A stretch of 64,000 nt of DNA, from NCBI RefSeq assembly GCF_018977255.1, contig NW_024704747.1, positions 22,320,001 through 22,384,000 of the forward strand. The letters are read 5' to 3'. Positions 38,852 through 51,697 of the stretch are shown in pieces. The translations under genes and the position numbers were made by a program. A model generated the notes under the pieces. The model saw nothing but the letters and a program-made list of their open reading frames with translations. It ran no database searches and was not told the DNA's origin. The stretch's first letter is position 1, and each line of letters begins with the position of its first letter. Origin of the DNA: Callorhinchus milii (lineage: Eukaryota).

Positions 38852-39162
38852 ATAATAATCCTTACATTTGATATAGCGCTTTTCACGTCGGGAGGACGTC
38901 CCAAAGCGCTTCACAGAATATACTGTAAAGTGAATTGACTGTATATTTGTGGGCGAAACGCGGCAGCCAATTGCGCACAGCAATGTCCCACAAACAGTCA
39001 TGGATTGAAAATGACCAATTTATTATTGTTTTTGGTTTTGGAGGGATTATTATTAGGCGTGTGGAGTAAGGAAACTTGCCCAAGGTTTTCCCTGCCTGGA
39101 ATTGAACTCAGGTCTCTCGCTTGCAAAGCGAGTGCTCTAACCACTGAGCTACAGGACTCCAC
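38852..39162 (-). mobile_element. Full-length tRNA-derived SINE, short variant
   Basis: Its reverse complement aligns end to end with 8213-8538 (>90% identity by eye). Confidence 0.95.
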
Positions 39163-39879
39163 TTTGAGGACAGGCAGAGAGAAGGAGTGAGACAGAAAGT
39201 GAGAGGGAGGAAATCTCGAGGTTAGTTCATGGCAAATGTGCTTCTTTCAAATGAGCTTTTATGTGATGTGCTCAAGCTCTTCCCGTAAAAGTCAACAAGA
39301 CATCACAAGCGACCCTTTGGCTTATTTGGTCTTAGCTTTCCAGGACCATAACAGCAAAAAAGTGTGTATGTGTTTTTTTTAAAATGTCCTGTCCCCTAAA
39401 ATCCTTCCTGGTAATCTACTCCAGGTGATGATCACACTCTGTATAAAGTTTAACTAGCTGACGTCTCTGTCTCCAAACTGCTCTTCACAACCATTTTCAA
39501 TTGGATCACAATATAAGCACCATTTTAGCCTCTGAAGTGCTCTCACATTGAGGATGAGCATCTTGTCCTTTTTAGACGGAGATAAAGTGCATCACTCCCC
39601 AGGAATGCAGATTGAATGCAGTACTGCGGCAAGTAACTTTTTTTAAGAATCCCCAAAAAGCCTAATAGAAAAAAACACTTCAGTATCTTTGGGTTTCTTG
39701 AGAGGTCATGTTCTCTGTAAACATTCACCAGATAATGAGTAAAAGTCAGAAATCGTCATATCTTTCTTTCTAGGATGCCACCATACCCTTCTGTATTATT
39801 TTTCCTCGAATATTTGTCCACTTCCTTTTTAAGTCCTGTTATGCATCCAGTTTCAATAGCCATTTGCAGTTCTATATTT

Positions 39880-40076
39880 GTTGCGGATTCTGGGAGATTT
39901 GAAATCAGTAGACAGTGCATGTCGTTATTCAATATAAAATCATCTTGAATTTTTTTTGTTTCAAATATTCCCGCAATGACAACAAAAATCTCTTGGCATT
40001 GCGGGAATATTTTAAAAACAAAAATTAAATAAATAAGACGAGTGCTTTATAATATCAGCAGGGAGAATCCAACAAC
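39880..40076. repeat. Hairpin element with a perfect 16 bp inner stem
   Basis: aaatattcccgcaatg (39963-39978) / cattgcgggaatattt (39997-40012), with degenerate outer arms. Confidence 0.8.
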
Positions 40077-42899
40077 TTATTGCAGAATATTTTAGACACC
40101 AAATTGTTTTAGGTATCAGACTCTGGAAGGGATTTGCAACTTGATCAATTGATTCAAAGATATCTTGCAAACTAAAAAAACAAAGTATGAATGGGGCTGC
40201 ATTGCTGCCTTGAGCTCGCTGCCAAAGACTTGTTTATTGTTAATATTTTGTATGTAATTTCTGAATGAGCTGGATGTTTTATTTTCTAAATATAAATTGC
40301 GTGCATCGCTCCTTATAAGGGAACATTGTAAAACAAACTGAATGTAAAACTTGTAAACTTAAGAAAAAATAGTGTAGGGAATCCATTTCCTAATTCAGGA
40401 TCAGATTGAATGACGCTCAGCCTACTGAGTCTGTCACTTAGACCAAGTAATGCCTGGGAAATTGGACTGTGTTGTGGCTGGTGCGTGTGGGGGATTGGGG
40501 TATAAATATGTAGCCATTTGTGCAGCCAGCGCACATGTTAAACTGCAGCCCTCCTGCTAGTACAGTATCTGGGAGTTCATCTACTCTTGCCAATTTTCGA
40601 TCGTGAGAAATTCTCTTTAGATTTATTGTCAGAATGTTAATTAAAGCATGCAGATTTTTTTTCTGAAAAACAGAATAATATCTCAGAATTCAGGTTCACG
40701 CTCAAAACGCTAGGTCATGATATCTTGGCATGCTGTCATGGGAACAGCAAGGTAATTGTCTGTCCAGAGGAAAGGAGGGAGTAAGGGACCTGTACAAGTC
40801 ACCAACCACCAGGCCCTTGTGAGGGGGCTGGTTCATTGGAGTATTGGGATATCAGAACCAGGGAAAAGAAGTCCCTACTCTTCAGCTGACTTGTCATTCA
40901 GTTCCCATGGGGGAAAGAGGGAACCGGTTTTCCTTTGTTTTAAAAAGTATTAATAATGACGCTTTAGTAAATTCAACAACAAGTCTCGCAACATATCAAG
41001 ATGCAACATTCCTGTAAACATTCAGACAAGGCACCACATCCCTCTCACACACTTCAGTATAAATCTCCATGCATCTGTTTACCCAAGGAAAATCTAAAGG
41101 CCATATTCAATTTACAGCAAATCCCAGGAGACATTTAACAGGAGCCAGATGTTCTCATTCCAGTAAAACATCATTAAAACCTTGACTGTTGAGTAGTTGC
41201 TCCCCACAGGGGAATTCAACAAAGTGCCTTCCAAACTACTGAAAGAAAATGGGGGAGACACATTGTGTGAGTACATCTGTGTATGTGTGTGTGTGTGTGT
41301 GTATCCGTGTGCATCTGTATGCATGCATGTATGTATGTGTTTGTGTATGTGAGAGTGTGCCTGAGAGAAAGGAAAAATCAGTTCCTCATACATCGTGAAT
41401 AGATGACTGTATATTTTATGGGAGAAACTCGGCAGCTAATTGCGCACAGCAGTATCCCCAAAACGGTAGCGGATTCAGTCAGAATCTTATGATTAAGAGA
41501 TCCATATGTGAGAGAACATGAGCAAGAAAATGAGAAAAGTTCGCAAACCCATCTAAAATTACACAAATGTGCGTGGGTGTGGGTGAGAAAATTAGATACA
41601 TGTGTGCATGTTTGTGGGTGGGTGAGAGAAAGAGAGAGTCAGATATATTTGCATGAGTGTGAAAATAAAAATGTAACACACGATTGATCATCCGTGCAGC
41701 ATTTATCATGTAACTCTTACTTGTCAGGAGGTTCTGTAATTTGATTAAACTTTGGGACTATTGAACCTCATTTGGACACTGTCACTGATTTTCAGAAGTA
41801 CATTGAACAGCTTCAGGCATCTAAGTTAAGTTGTTAAACTTGGAATGGCCATACTGACACCTGGACTCAATGAATGGCAGGCCTGATACTCTCCTTATTT
41901 TTTCCAGCATTTCTATTTAACATCAACAGTCCAAGAGCCTTGACCTCAGGTTAATGGAAGCTCACAGAATCTTCTTCTCGCGCTGCCTATGGCCATTTGA
42001 AATTCATTAAGCATTTATAGAACCAGAAAATTTCTTCACTGCTCGTCAATTCCATCAAGTTAGAAGAACATAAACTGAGACACTTAATCAGCTCCCCTAG
42101 TTCAGGTTAATTTTTTCTTTGCTTTTTTTCAGCTGGGGGATGCTGGTTACATGTCTACAAGTAATTTGCAATCATTTTCAAAGGGATCAATTGATTTATA
42201 AAGTACTGATGTGTAAAAAATTAGAGACTTGCCATAGAGAGCCATTTTAAAGACAAAGTTATTCCATTCTTTCTGTTCTCTCATCTTTAAAACAAAAGTG
42301 TTTCCTTTAAATGATGAATGCTGGTGATATTCATCATTGTGCTGGTTTCAATGTTATTCGCCTACAGAAATATTATCACTAACCTTTACAGTAAATCAGG
42401 CGAAGCACTTTTGAGGTGTTTTAACAATGTGGTGAGATGCTATATCAAATGCAAGTATTATTACAGTTACCAAGTCAACAAATGTATTCAATGATGCAGC
42501 AGTGGTCTTTGTCAGAAAGATACTGCTTAGTTTAAGGTAATCCATAAAATAACATCTGAATGATATGATTTGTCCTGCATTCTCTCTACCTCTTTGACTA
42601 TACCTTCCCCTGCACTCTCTCCATTCTCACCTTGCTTTAAAGCACTTTGAGACATTCTCCTACATGAAAAGTGTTTTATAAGTGCAAGTTGTTGATGCTG
42701 TATTTGGTTGGCTTCAAATTGTTTTCTATGCTACAAAGTTATGTTTGATTTATATTTACAGGTCACCCATGTTTGCACCCTTAAAGTAGCTCTCTGATAA
42801 TTTAAGTAGAACGACTACATAGAGGAGACTTTGTGAACTTGTCAGCTGGCAGCATTTCCTCACATTTTGTTTCACCCACAAAATAGTCAATTTACTTTA

Positions 42900-43258
42900 A
42901 TAACAATACTAATAATCCTTGCATTTGATATAGCACTTTTCACGTCTTCTAGACGTCTCAAAGCACTTCACAGAATATACTGCAGAGCGAATTGACTGTT
43001 TATTTGAGGGCGAAATGCAGCAGCCAATTGCATACAGCAATGTCCCACAAACAGTAGTGGATTGAGTAACCAAATTATTATTTTTTTTAAAGATTATTAT
43101 CCCAGGAAAAGCGATCCGCCAACAACCAGGTTCCTTCTTACTACTAGGTAAACAGAGGCGTGTGGAGTAAGGAAACTTGCCCAACATTTCACCCTGCCTG
43201 GGTATAGAACCCATGTCTCTCGCTTGCGAGGCGAGCGCTCTAACCACTGAGCTACAGG
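42900..43258 (-). mobile_element. Full-length SINE, long variant, nested inside an older plus-strand SINE tail
   Basis: Head, extra block and tail are present. The flanks 42870-42899 and 43259-43335 join into one plus-strand tail. Confidence 0.92.
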
Positions 43259-43636
43259 TATAAATGTATACTGTGAACCAATTTGAGACTTTCGAAGATG
43301 TAATAAGGTGCTATATCAAATGCAAGGATTATTATATCATATATATTTATTATTTACCATAATGGCCTGGCTCCCTTTGGCCTTAAGTTTTAATTTGGTG
43401 GGTTAAAAACTAAAAGTATTTGGAGAATATTGCAAAATCTAACAAACATAAGTCAGTGTTATACAAAAGATTCAAAATGAGCCACACAGATTGATTCTGA
43501 GATAGTTTTACCTAAGCAACAGGTATTTCAGGAGCAACACAAGCCTCCAAATTACTGTATACCCCCAGAGTAGAGAGTAGAGATTTCATTGCGAATAGAG
43601 AGAGTTATAAAGGCTGGTACATGTGCTGGAATTGTT

Positions 43637-43849
43637 GGGATAGAAATTTCAGCAACGTCTTGATTTACTCGATCCATATATCATTTTAAAGTGTCCAGAG
43701 TTTGGCAAATTGTTTAATTCAGGCTTACTTTGAAGTTTTTTGTAAAAGAAAACCAAATTCAAACTTAAACTGTATTTAAGAATTTGCCTGGATGCTCTAA
43801 AATGCTACATAATTAAGAACAAATCTAGGCCCAGATAAAATCTCTCCCC
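43637..43849. repeat. Palindromic element, copy 2 (inverted relative to copy 1)
   Basis: Aligns by eye with the reverse complement of 743-960 (ccagagtttggcaaattgt; gctctaaaatgctacataattaagaacaaatctaggccc). Confidence 0.7.
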
Positions 43850-46800
43850 GAGACTTCTATCTCAAACTCAAAACGTTTGTAAATGTAAGCACGGTTTAAA
43901 CATTGCTATTTTTAACAATCTAATTATTTTTGGATTTAACTTTTTTTAAATTGATTATTTTCAACTAACTTTAGCACCAATGTGCATTGCCATTGTGGTA
44001 GCAGACATAAGCAGACAACCCCCTCATAGCAAACAACCGGTGAAAAAGTATCATCTTACCACCATGAAAGGCACAAATCAGACTAAGAGAAGTAGGAACC
44101 CTGGCCTTGGGCTGTGTTGTGGTTCCCAATTTCCAATCAGAGCATCAGTAGGATTTCCAGCAATCAAGAGGGTTTAACAGGTTAGCGCAATTTGAGAAGG
44201 GTTTTTTTCCCCTTGTGGCCTCTTTATTCCATGTGTTTTTATGGAGATTTGGTTCAGTGTAACTGAGAATCCTCCGATAAGGTCCTACGAAGTGACGCCA
44301 CGTGTTACAGAAACCCTGTACATCTGGTCAGGCTGAGATCGCTGATAAATCAGCCTTCACAACAAGGGACTCACTAACTTGCTGGTGATGAGTCACCTTC
44401 GAAGTATGGATGATCACATTGATAATGCTTTGTATTGATGTGCGTTCAGCAATGTCTTACAGATTTCAAACCTTTCCTTTTTCTTTCCAGATCAGATGTT
44501 GGCAGCTGACATTACAATGGGTTGCTCCAGAACGACAGATACACAAGTCAGTGCCAGCGTTAAACAATATTCAATAGCTTTACTGATGCAGTATTTCAAC
44601 ACGTTAGAAGCAGCCCAATTTAATGATCAATTCTTCAAAGGACATTTGCTTTCAACTGTTCCGATTAATGTCTTACAAGCCAATTAATGAAAGCTCTAGG
44701 CTGCTGTCACCAGTTACACAGAGAAGCAGCTCACATTTGTAAACTTAAGCTGCTGTCAAGTCTGTGATCATTTCAGTGCTCGACTTTTTATTGACAGAGA
44801 ATTAAGCATGGATAAAATGAATAAACAAACGATGTTCAAAAGAGAGGTTCGATGAAGAAGGCTCTTTGACCCATGTAAACTATAAATATAATCCAATTCC
44901 TTTCCAGGGTAAGAGGTAATAGTGAATGCAAACTCCCCCTACTAAGCCAGAGCTGCTGTACAAGGAACAAGTAAACAAAAGGGTCTGAAAATAGCTAAGC
45001 AAATGCCATTCTTTTCCCAAGGCTCCTTCATGGGATGAGGGGGATGGGTATATGGAACGCTATGTGCTTCTTCAGCTAGTCCCTTTAGTGGGATACCATC
45101 CTAGTCAAACTTACAGGAGGAAACCTTTAAAAGTAGCATGTACAAGCCCAAAGTCTAGAAATTTGATCTGCTATTACACAAAGGAAATCAGAGCCATCCA
45201 TTTTTAACTTCTGAACTTCATTTTGAATAGATACGCTGCGCATTTTGTTTAAGTACCACAGATTTTCTCCACTAGCACAATTCCTGGCTTTTAATGATCC
45301 GTGGCATTAATAGTTCAATAACCTATGTGAACTCCAAGACAAAAATCAGGAAGAAATTCTTGAGAAAACAGTTGGAGGTTCTCTAGGAAGAAACTGCACA
45401 CTGCAAACACAAGATACTGAAGGGATTTTATAACAGTAATAATCCTTACATTTGATATAGCGCTTAATCACGTTGTTGAAATGTCTCAAAGAGCTTCACA
45501 AAATATATTGTAAAGTGGATTGGCTGCATATTTCGTAGGCGATTTTGAATAACAAAGGGTAAAACATCTATGCCTGGTCCGATGAGGTATACCAAATGTA
45601 GCGGAATCATTGCAATGAGTTGATTTGAAACAGACCCATCAGAGTTCTCCCTTCATGGGAATGTCAAGGGGTTCAAACTGGACAATAATACCGCCTGCAC
45701 AACAGCATTTTCACAAACACATTCCCACTCCCAACACTTCATGGGAGGACAAAGAGCTGACGCCAACTCCTCTTCAACTAATGGACTCCTTGATAACCTT
45801 TCAAACAAAGCTGGTTCTCGAGTAGCCCAAGGCTCCCAGTGCCCGGAATTCTTCCCATCTCCTAACCCTCCCCCCACCACCCCCACCAAAAGACAGGGCA
45901 GAATCCCAGGTACCAGCCACAAGACAGAAACTGTTAACACACGGCTGCTGTCTCAGAGGTGGCTTAAAGGATCGCACTCTCAGTAAAGTGATAGTAACTC
46001 ACTGCCTCAAATGTCAGTCACTTCAGCTCCGTGCCAAAGTTCATCCATGATTTAAAACATCACTTACTCAACGTTTACACAATCCTTTGTCCCTGAAACA
46101 GAGTTCAAAGACCTCAGGAGGATCACAACAGCAACCGAATACATCTAGATTGACCCCCTACTCACAATATGACTTGTTTGCAATAGATTTGACCATTTGG
46201 TGCATTATTGGGAGTTATGCTGGCCATTCATAAGCTATGGGTTTCTGATGCAGGCAAAACAAACCAAGCAGCCATCATTTACTCACCATATGGGAAGGGC
46301 TTTGGAATGTAATGGAAACAGCTTAAGCCAGTGAGAAGCAATGTGATGAACAGGAGCAGTGATGAATGATGCTCTGCAGACAGACAGCTGTCGGCATTAT
46401 TGATTTAGGTAGTTTCCTTCTCACATAAAAGAAAATTATACAACGCAACAAAAATAAAAAAACATCTTGAATGAATGGATGTGGGGGGGAAATATCACTT
46501 GGGGTGGGGGTAGGGGCAGAAGGTATATTACTGCACTCCATTCCCAAATCATGCTGGGTTGCCATCCAAGAACAAAACTGGGAACCAAATGCATTACTTT
46601 AGAATTCAGCATAAAATATAAAAGGCCTTAATTTGACATCTGAATTACATATATTTAAACCTTTTGGCAGCAATGGTTGCCCAAGACGACAATAGCACTG
46701 CACTCAGTCTAAACTTGCTCTAAGATGTGTTTCAGAACACTTAAGAGACTGTACAAATTATTGGGCTGTAGTGGGAATATTTTTGTGAATGGATCATTTA

Positions 46801-47227
46801 CAATATTCCCAAATCCTTTCCCATACAAACAGTGAAATCTCTCGCCAATTTCAAACAGCATGATTTATATGCTATTAGAATATTTAAACAAACAGTCATT
46901 GCATCTCCACATTACTCATACAATTCAAGAAAGTTTACAGTGAAGAAGAAGGCCATTCACCCCCACATTGTTTGTGCTAGTCTGCCCACTGCAGCTATCC
47001 ACACTCAGGAAAAGACATGATTCACATTTTAAAGCATTCTTTTAGACTGGTTCACTAGAAGAAATATTGCTTCTATCATAAATAAATCAGCTTAACATTG
47101 TCCACAAAAACCCATCTCTCTTAAATGTCTTCATAGTTTGTTTTATCTTTCAACATAAATATTTTGTTTTAAAACATTCTCAGTCCACTAAATAAAGAAA
47201 TCACCAATGTCACCATCGTACAGAGAT

Positions 47228-47569
47228 GTGGAGTCCTGTAGTTCAGTGGTTAGAGCACTCACCTCACAAGCAAAACACCTGGGTTCAATTCCCGGCAGGG
47301 AGAAACGTAGGGCAAGTTTCCTTAACCCACACGCCTGTTTACCTAGCAGTAAGTAGGAACCCAATTGTTAGTCGATTGGTGGATCACTTTTCTGGGGGTA
47401 ATAATTCCTTAAGAAAAAATTGGCCACTAAATTCACAGCTGATTGTGGGTCACTGCTGTGCGCAATTGGCTGCCGCGTTTCGCCCACAAAATATACAGTT
47501 ATTCTGTAAAGCACTTTGAGACATCTCGAAGACGTGATAAGGTGCTATATCAAATGCAAGAATTATTAT
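47228..47569 (+). mobile_element. Full-length SINE, long variant
   Basis: gtggagtcctgtagttcagtggttagagc head, extra block at ~47335-47398, and tail. Confidence 0.93.
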
Positions 47570-48532
47570 GTTTCCCAAACTGTTGTCCCAAGGAATGGCT
47601 AAGGCTTGGCTTCACATCTACAAGTTGAGCTCCAGTCTCAAATGCGGCAGCAGAGAGCGGTAAACGGACACTGGGTCCTCCCTCAAATGAGTCTCTATTA
47701 CTTCAAGCTGCTCGTGTGTGCCTCCTAATGGCTAGTTACAGCAAAATAAACAGCCTCCTCCATTTAGGCTTAAGAATTTTGGAATGCTGCTTCAGTTACC
47801 ATGAAGCTAACTGGGGTCAAATGAACCACTGGGTAACAGCAAGAGCTGACTGAAAGAATAAGCCTACCTTGTGTTCGATCCATTAACATGGAGGGTAGCT
47901 CACTGCTGAACAAAGATACTCGGATTTCTTCACCCCCTCCAATTACAAGTAATTTCAAGGTTGATCTCAGAAGGAGAGGCAAGTTGAAGTTCAGATTTTC
48001 TAGGAAACTAGAACAAATGTGGCCAGTTCAACATCAACACAGGTCATAGAAAGCTGAACCTGTTTGTGCAAACATAACCTAGAACAGCCAAGACATGTGT
48101 GTGTTTCAACCTCGGCTCCACTCTGTTCAAACTTAACAAGCAAATGATTATATTCTGTTCCAAAAAGGCTCACAGTATTGGAGTCTTTCATAAAGACACT
48201 CTCATTGCATACCCGGATTTATTATACTGCCCAATAAATTATACTAAGCTTTCAGGTATGTGAGCTGGTTCAACATAGGTCGTTTCACATTGAGGTTTGA
48301 ATAGTGACATAAATCTTCCGGGGGAAGGTCATTAATCATGTGGCGCAGCAATTCCTAACTTTGGAGACATTCATATGGTGGCCCCTGGTCAGTGCAGTTA
48401 TATGTGCAGGACAAAGATTGTCAGGAGTAACTCAAAGAAGCATTTGCATTGTCAAAGTGCTTGTGCAGAAAAAATACCTGTAGTGGCAAAACCATAAATG
48501 CAGATTCAAGCTACAAACAAAAGGCACCATAT

Positions 48533-48735
48533 ATAATAATAATAATCCTTGCATTTGATATAGTGCCTCATCACGTCTTCTAGACGTCTCAAAGTGCTTG
48601 ACAGAATATACTGTAAAGTGAATTGACTGTATATTTTGTGGGCGGAACGCGGCAGCCAATTGCACACAAGTCATGGATTGATTGACCAAATTATTATTTT
48701 TTTAAGGAATTATTACCCCTGGAAAAGTGATCCAT
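48533..48735 (-). mobile_element. 5'-truncated SINE, long variant
   Basis: Tail plus the end of the extra block (gatcacttttccagggg on the minus strand). Confidence 0.88.
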
Positions 48736-49699
48736 CATACACATATATGTATTATACACAGTAAATAACATACACACAAAGACCATCAATTGGGTTAGAA
48801 GCTACTTTTGTTTCTGAAACATCAAGGTGAGGGGAAGGACATTGGAAAAGCACTGTGTGACGTGAAAGGTACTACACAAATATAATAACGCACGCTAAAT
48901 CCTGATAGTGGAAAATTACAGTGAAGCAAGTTCTACACTAACCAGTCATTCATTGTACAAATACATTATCAGCCTGTCAGTGTATAAACATGCACAGAGG
49001 ATGACAGGGCAATCATTTTCATTCAGTTTATGTCAAACAATACTTAAAGCAAGAGAAGGTCACAGCTTTAATATCAGTCCAAAGGATTAATTATTTCTTC
49101 TCCTTATTATAACGTCCATTTTTAGCTTGATAGAGATGGTGCTGCCAAGTTTTATTTTACTGGCAGCATCTGTCACAGCCAACTGTGCAGCTGATGTTGT
49201 GCCATTGATGCTTGGTGACGGGAGGACTAAAGGATTAACAGTTGGGATGCAATCACTGCAATTTATCAGTCGCCAGTCAACAGCTTGTTACCAAGAAATC
49301 ATACAGTCAGGATTCAGCAAAAGATCACTGCTGTCTATTGGGCTGGTCCCACAGTTTAAGCAGTAAATAAATAACCTACACTGCTCTCTCCCTCTCTCAT
49401 AAACCTCAAATGAATTATTCATGATACACTTGTATGATAGAAACTTTCACCTTCCCACCCACACACACACTCGCGCATACTCCCACACCCACACCTACAC
49501 AATGGGATAAAGTTCTCTGCCCAACTTCTCGAGCATATTTCAGCATGACGTGTGGATAGAGACCGAGCAATACAATTCTATTCATTTTATATCAGAACGT
49601 GACTACATCAGTTACACTTTGAGAGAGACTTCGCTCAAGAGCGTTAATACTGCCAAATGACATTGCAAATTCCTTCAAGACTCCTTTCAACTCACAGAC

Positions 49700-50000
49700 A
49701 AGGCTGACACTTCAATACAATGACCAGGGAGCGGTGCGTTGTTGGAGGTGCCATCCTTTGGATGAGATGTTAAACCGAGGTCCTGTCTGCTTGTTCAGGT
49801 AGACATCAATGATGCTATGGCATTATTCCAAAAGATAAGAGTTTCTCTTGGTGTCCTGGTCAACAATACGCCAGCTAATAAAACTGACTGTTTGCTTTGT
49901 GGTTGTTTGTGGAACATTGCGGTGTGAAAATTGGTTGCCCCCACATTCATCTACAAAAGTCACTGTACTTTTACATCAATCCTAAGAACTTTGAGATGTT
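49700..50000 (+). mobile_element. Older Deu-domain SINE; further fragments at 20330-20612, 21250-21570, 21870-22200 (+) and head-only pieces at 54864-54970, 59100-59160 (-)
   Basis: ggctgacacttcaa...gttggaggtgccatcctttggatgagatgttaaaccgaggtcctgtctgcttgttcaggtagac. Confidence 0.82.
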
Positions 50001-51138
50001 ATAGGTATCCTGAGCTGCCAGAACAATGTTGTGGATTGCGAAAATTTAGATATTACCAAAATAAAACGCTGAGTGGGAATTTACACCTTTGTCAGGAGAA
50101 AAGCTGAGAAGAATTCCATCCAGTCTCTGAACACAAAGCTGGAAAACCACATATATTTGACAATCTCCCCTGTACTATGTAATTCATGCTTGAATTGAAT
50201 TACTGCTGGAAAATTCAACCAAGAATAGTTTGAAACCAGGTAACATGTCAACCTGATGGAGATAAATACATGAGATGGTGAACCTTCCATTTCCGGGCAG
50301 CTCACAAAGATATCACAAGTACTTTAAAGTTTCACAGATCAGTAAACCTGCCAGAAAAGGGATCAATTCGCTTTTGTTGGGGTTGCTAAACAGTCACATT
50401 CAACTTATATTTCATGTAGATTTAAGTCAATCAGGTATGGAAGAATTGTGCTGACTCCCACTGTCCCGAGCCTTCAGTCAATGCTAATTTCTCCTTACAA
50501 AGTTGCACAACACAAGATATTAGATATCACCATATGGTGTCCTGCCAAACAAAATGCATTAGCATGTCTCGGAAGTACATGCGTTTCACATCTCTCCTCA
50601 TGGTGCTCTACGTTACCTGCAATAGCACAGAAGCTACCTCCTCCCATTGTCCAGCACAAAATCATTATGTGTTAGTTAATGCAGCTTAAAAGCTCTGCAG
50701 CTCATTTTCATTATTATTTCATGTATGTTTATCATTAGAAACCGGTCTCAAAAACAAATGTGGGAAGAGAAATCATCTTGCAGTAAGGAGACAATATTAG
50801 TCACAAATAACCTGAGCAAGTGCAAGAAAGACCAACTTCAGTCCAGAACACATGGATGCATCAGCAATTGAATGAAGAAACGAGTGGAATCCTGTGACAC
50901 AAGCAGTTTCATTCGCTTTGCTCAATCAGACCAGCTTTGCTGAGTTCAGCCAAGACAGGCACCGTATGATCAGACAACCTAGGAACAAATAGAATCAGGT
51001 CCTTAACTCTCAAAGGACTCAGTATTGCAATGAACAGTGCTTGAACGTGCAAATTGTGACGTACCTTACAAATAGTGCTATTTAAAATGATAGGACTCTG
51101 TAGAGGTTTACAGTTCTTTAGCTGTGTAATAAAAATAT

Positions 51139-51450
51139 ATAATAATAATCCTTGCATTTGATATAGCGCTTTCGCATCTTCAAGACATCTCAAAGCGCTT
51201 CACAGAATATAATGTCAAGTGATTTAACTGTATATTTTGTGGGCGAAATGCAGCCGACAATTGCGCACAGTAGTGTCCCACAAACAGTCGTGGATTGAAG
51301 TGACCAATTTATTATTGTTTTTTTTTCTTGAGGGATTACTATCAGGCGTGTAGAGTAAGGAAACTTGCCTAAGGTTTCACCCTGCTGGCAATCGAACCCA
51401 GGTCTCTCACTTGCAAGGCGAATGCTCTAGCCACTGAGCTGCAGGACTCC
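51139..51450 (-). mobile_element. Full-length tRNA-derived SINE, short variant
   Basis: Same head, body and tail as 8213-8538. Confidence 0.93.
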
Positions 51451-51697
51451 ATAGGAGTGTAATGCACAATCTCATCACTTCCATGACTATATGTATTAGT
51501 GTTACTGCATTATAAAGTCACTTTCATGGCTATACTGTATTGGACCTATTGCATTATAATTGAGGCTGTAAGAAAGTCGTGATTTTCTGAACCACAATTT
51601 GAGGCCACCGTTTGTTAAACTTGTCACTTATAATAATATAATAATTATATATTATTGTATTATTATAATATAACGATATTATATTATCGTCACTTAT

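Noticed and set aside
11812-50640. Other minus-strand AG|GT juxtapositions (near 11818, 27487, 33302, 48478, 50616)
   Set aside because: They have weak pyrimidine tracts or non-consensus donors, and are expected by chance in 64 kb.
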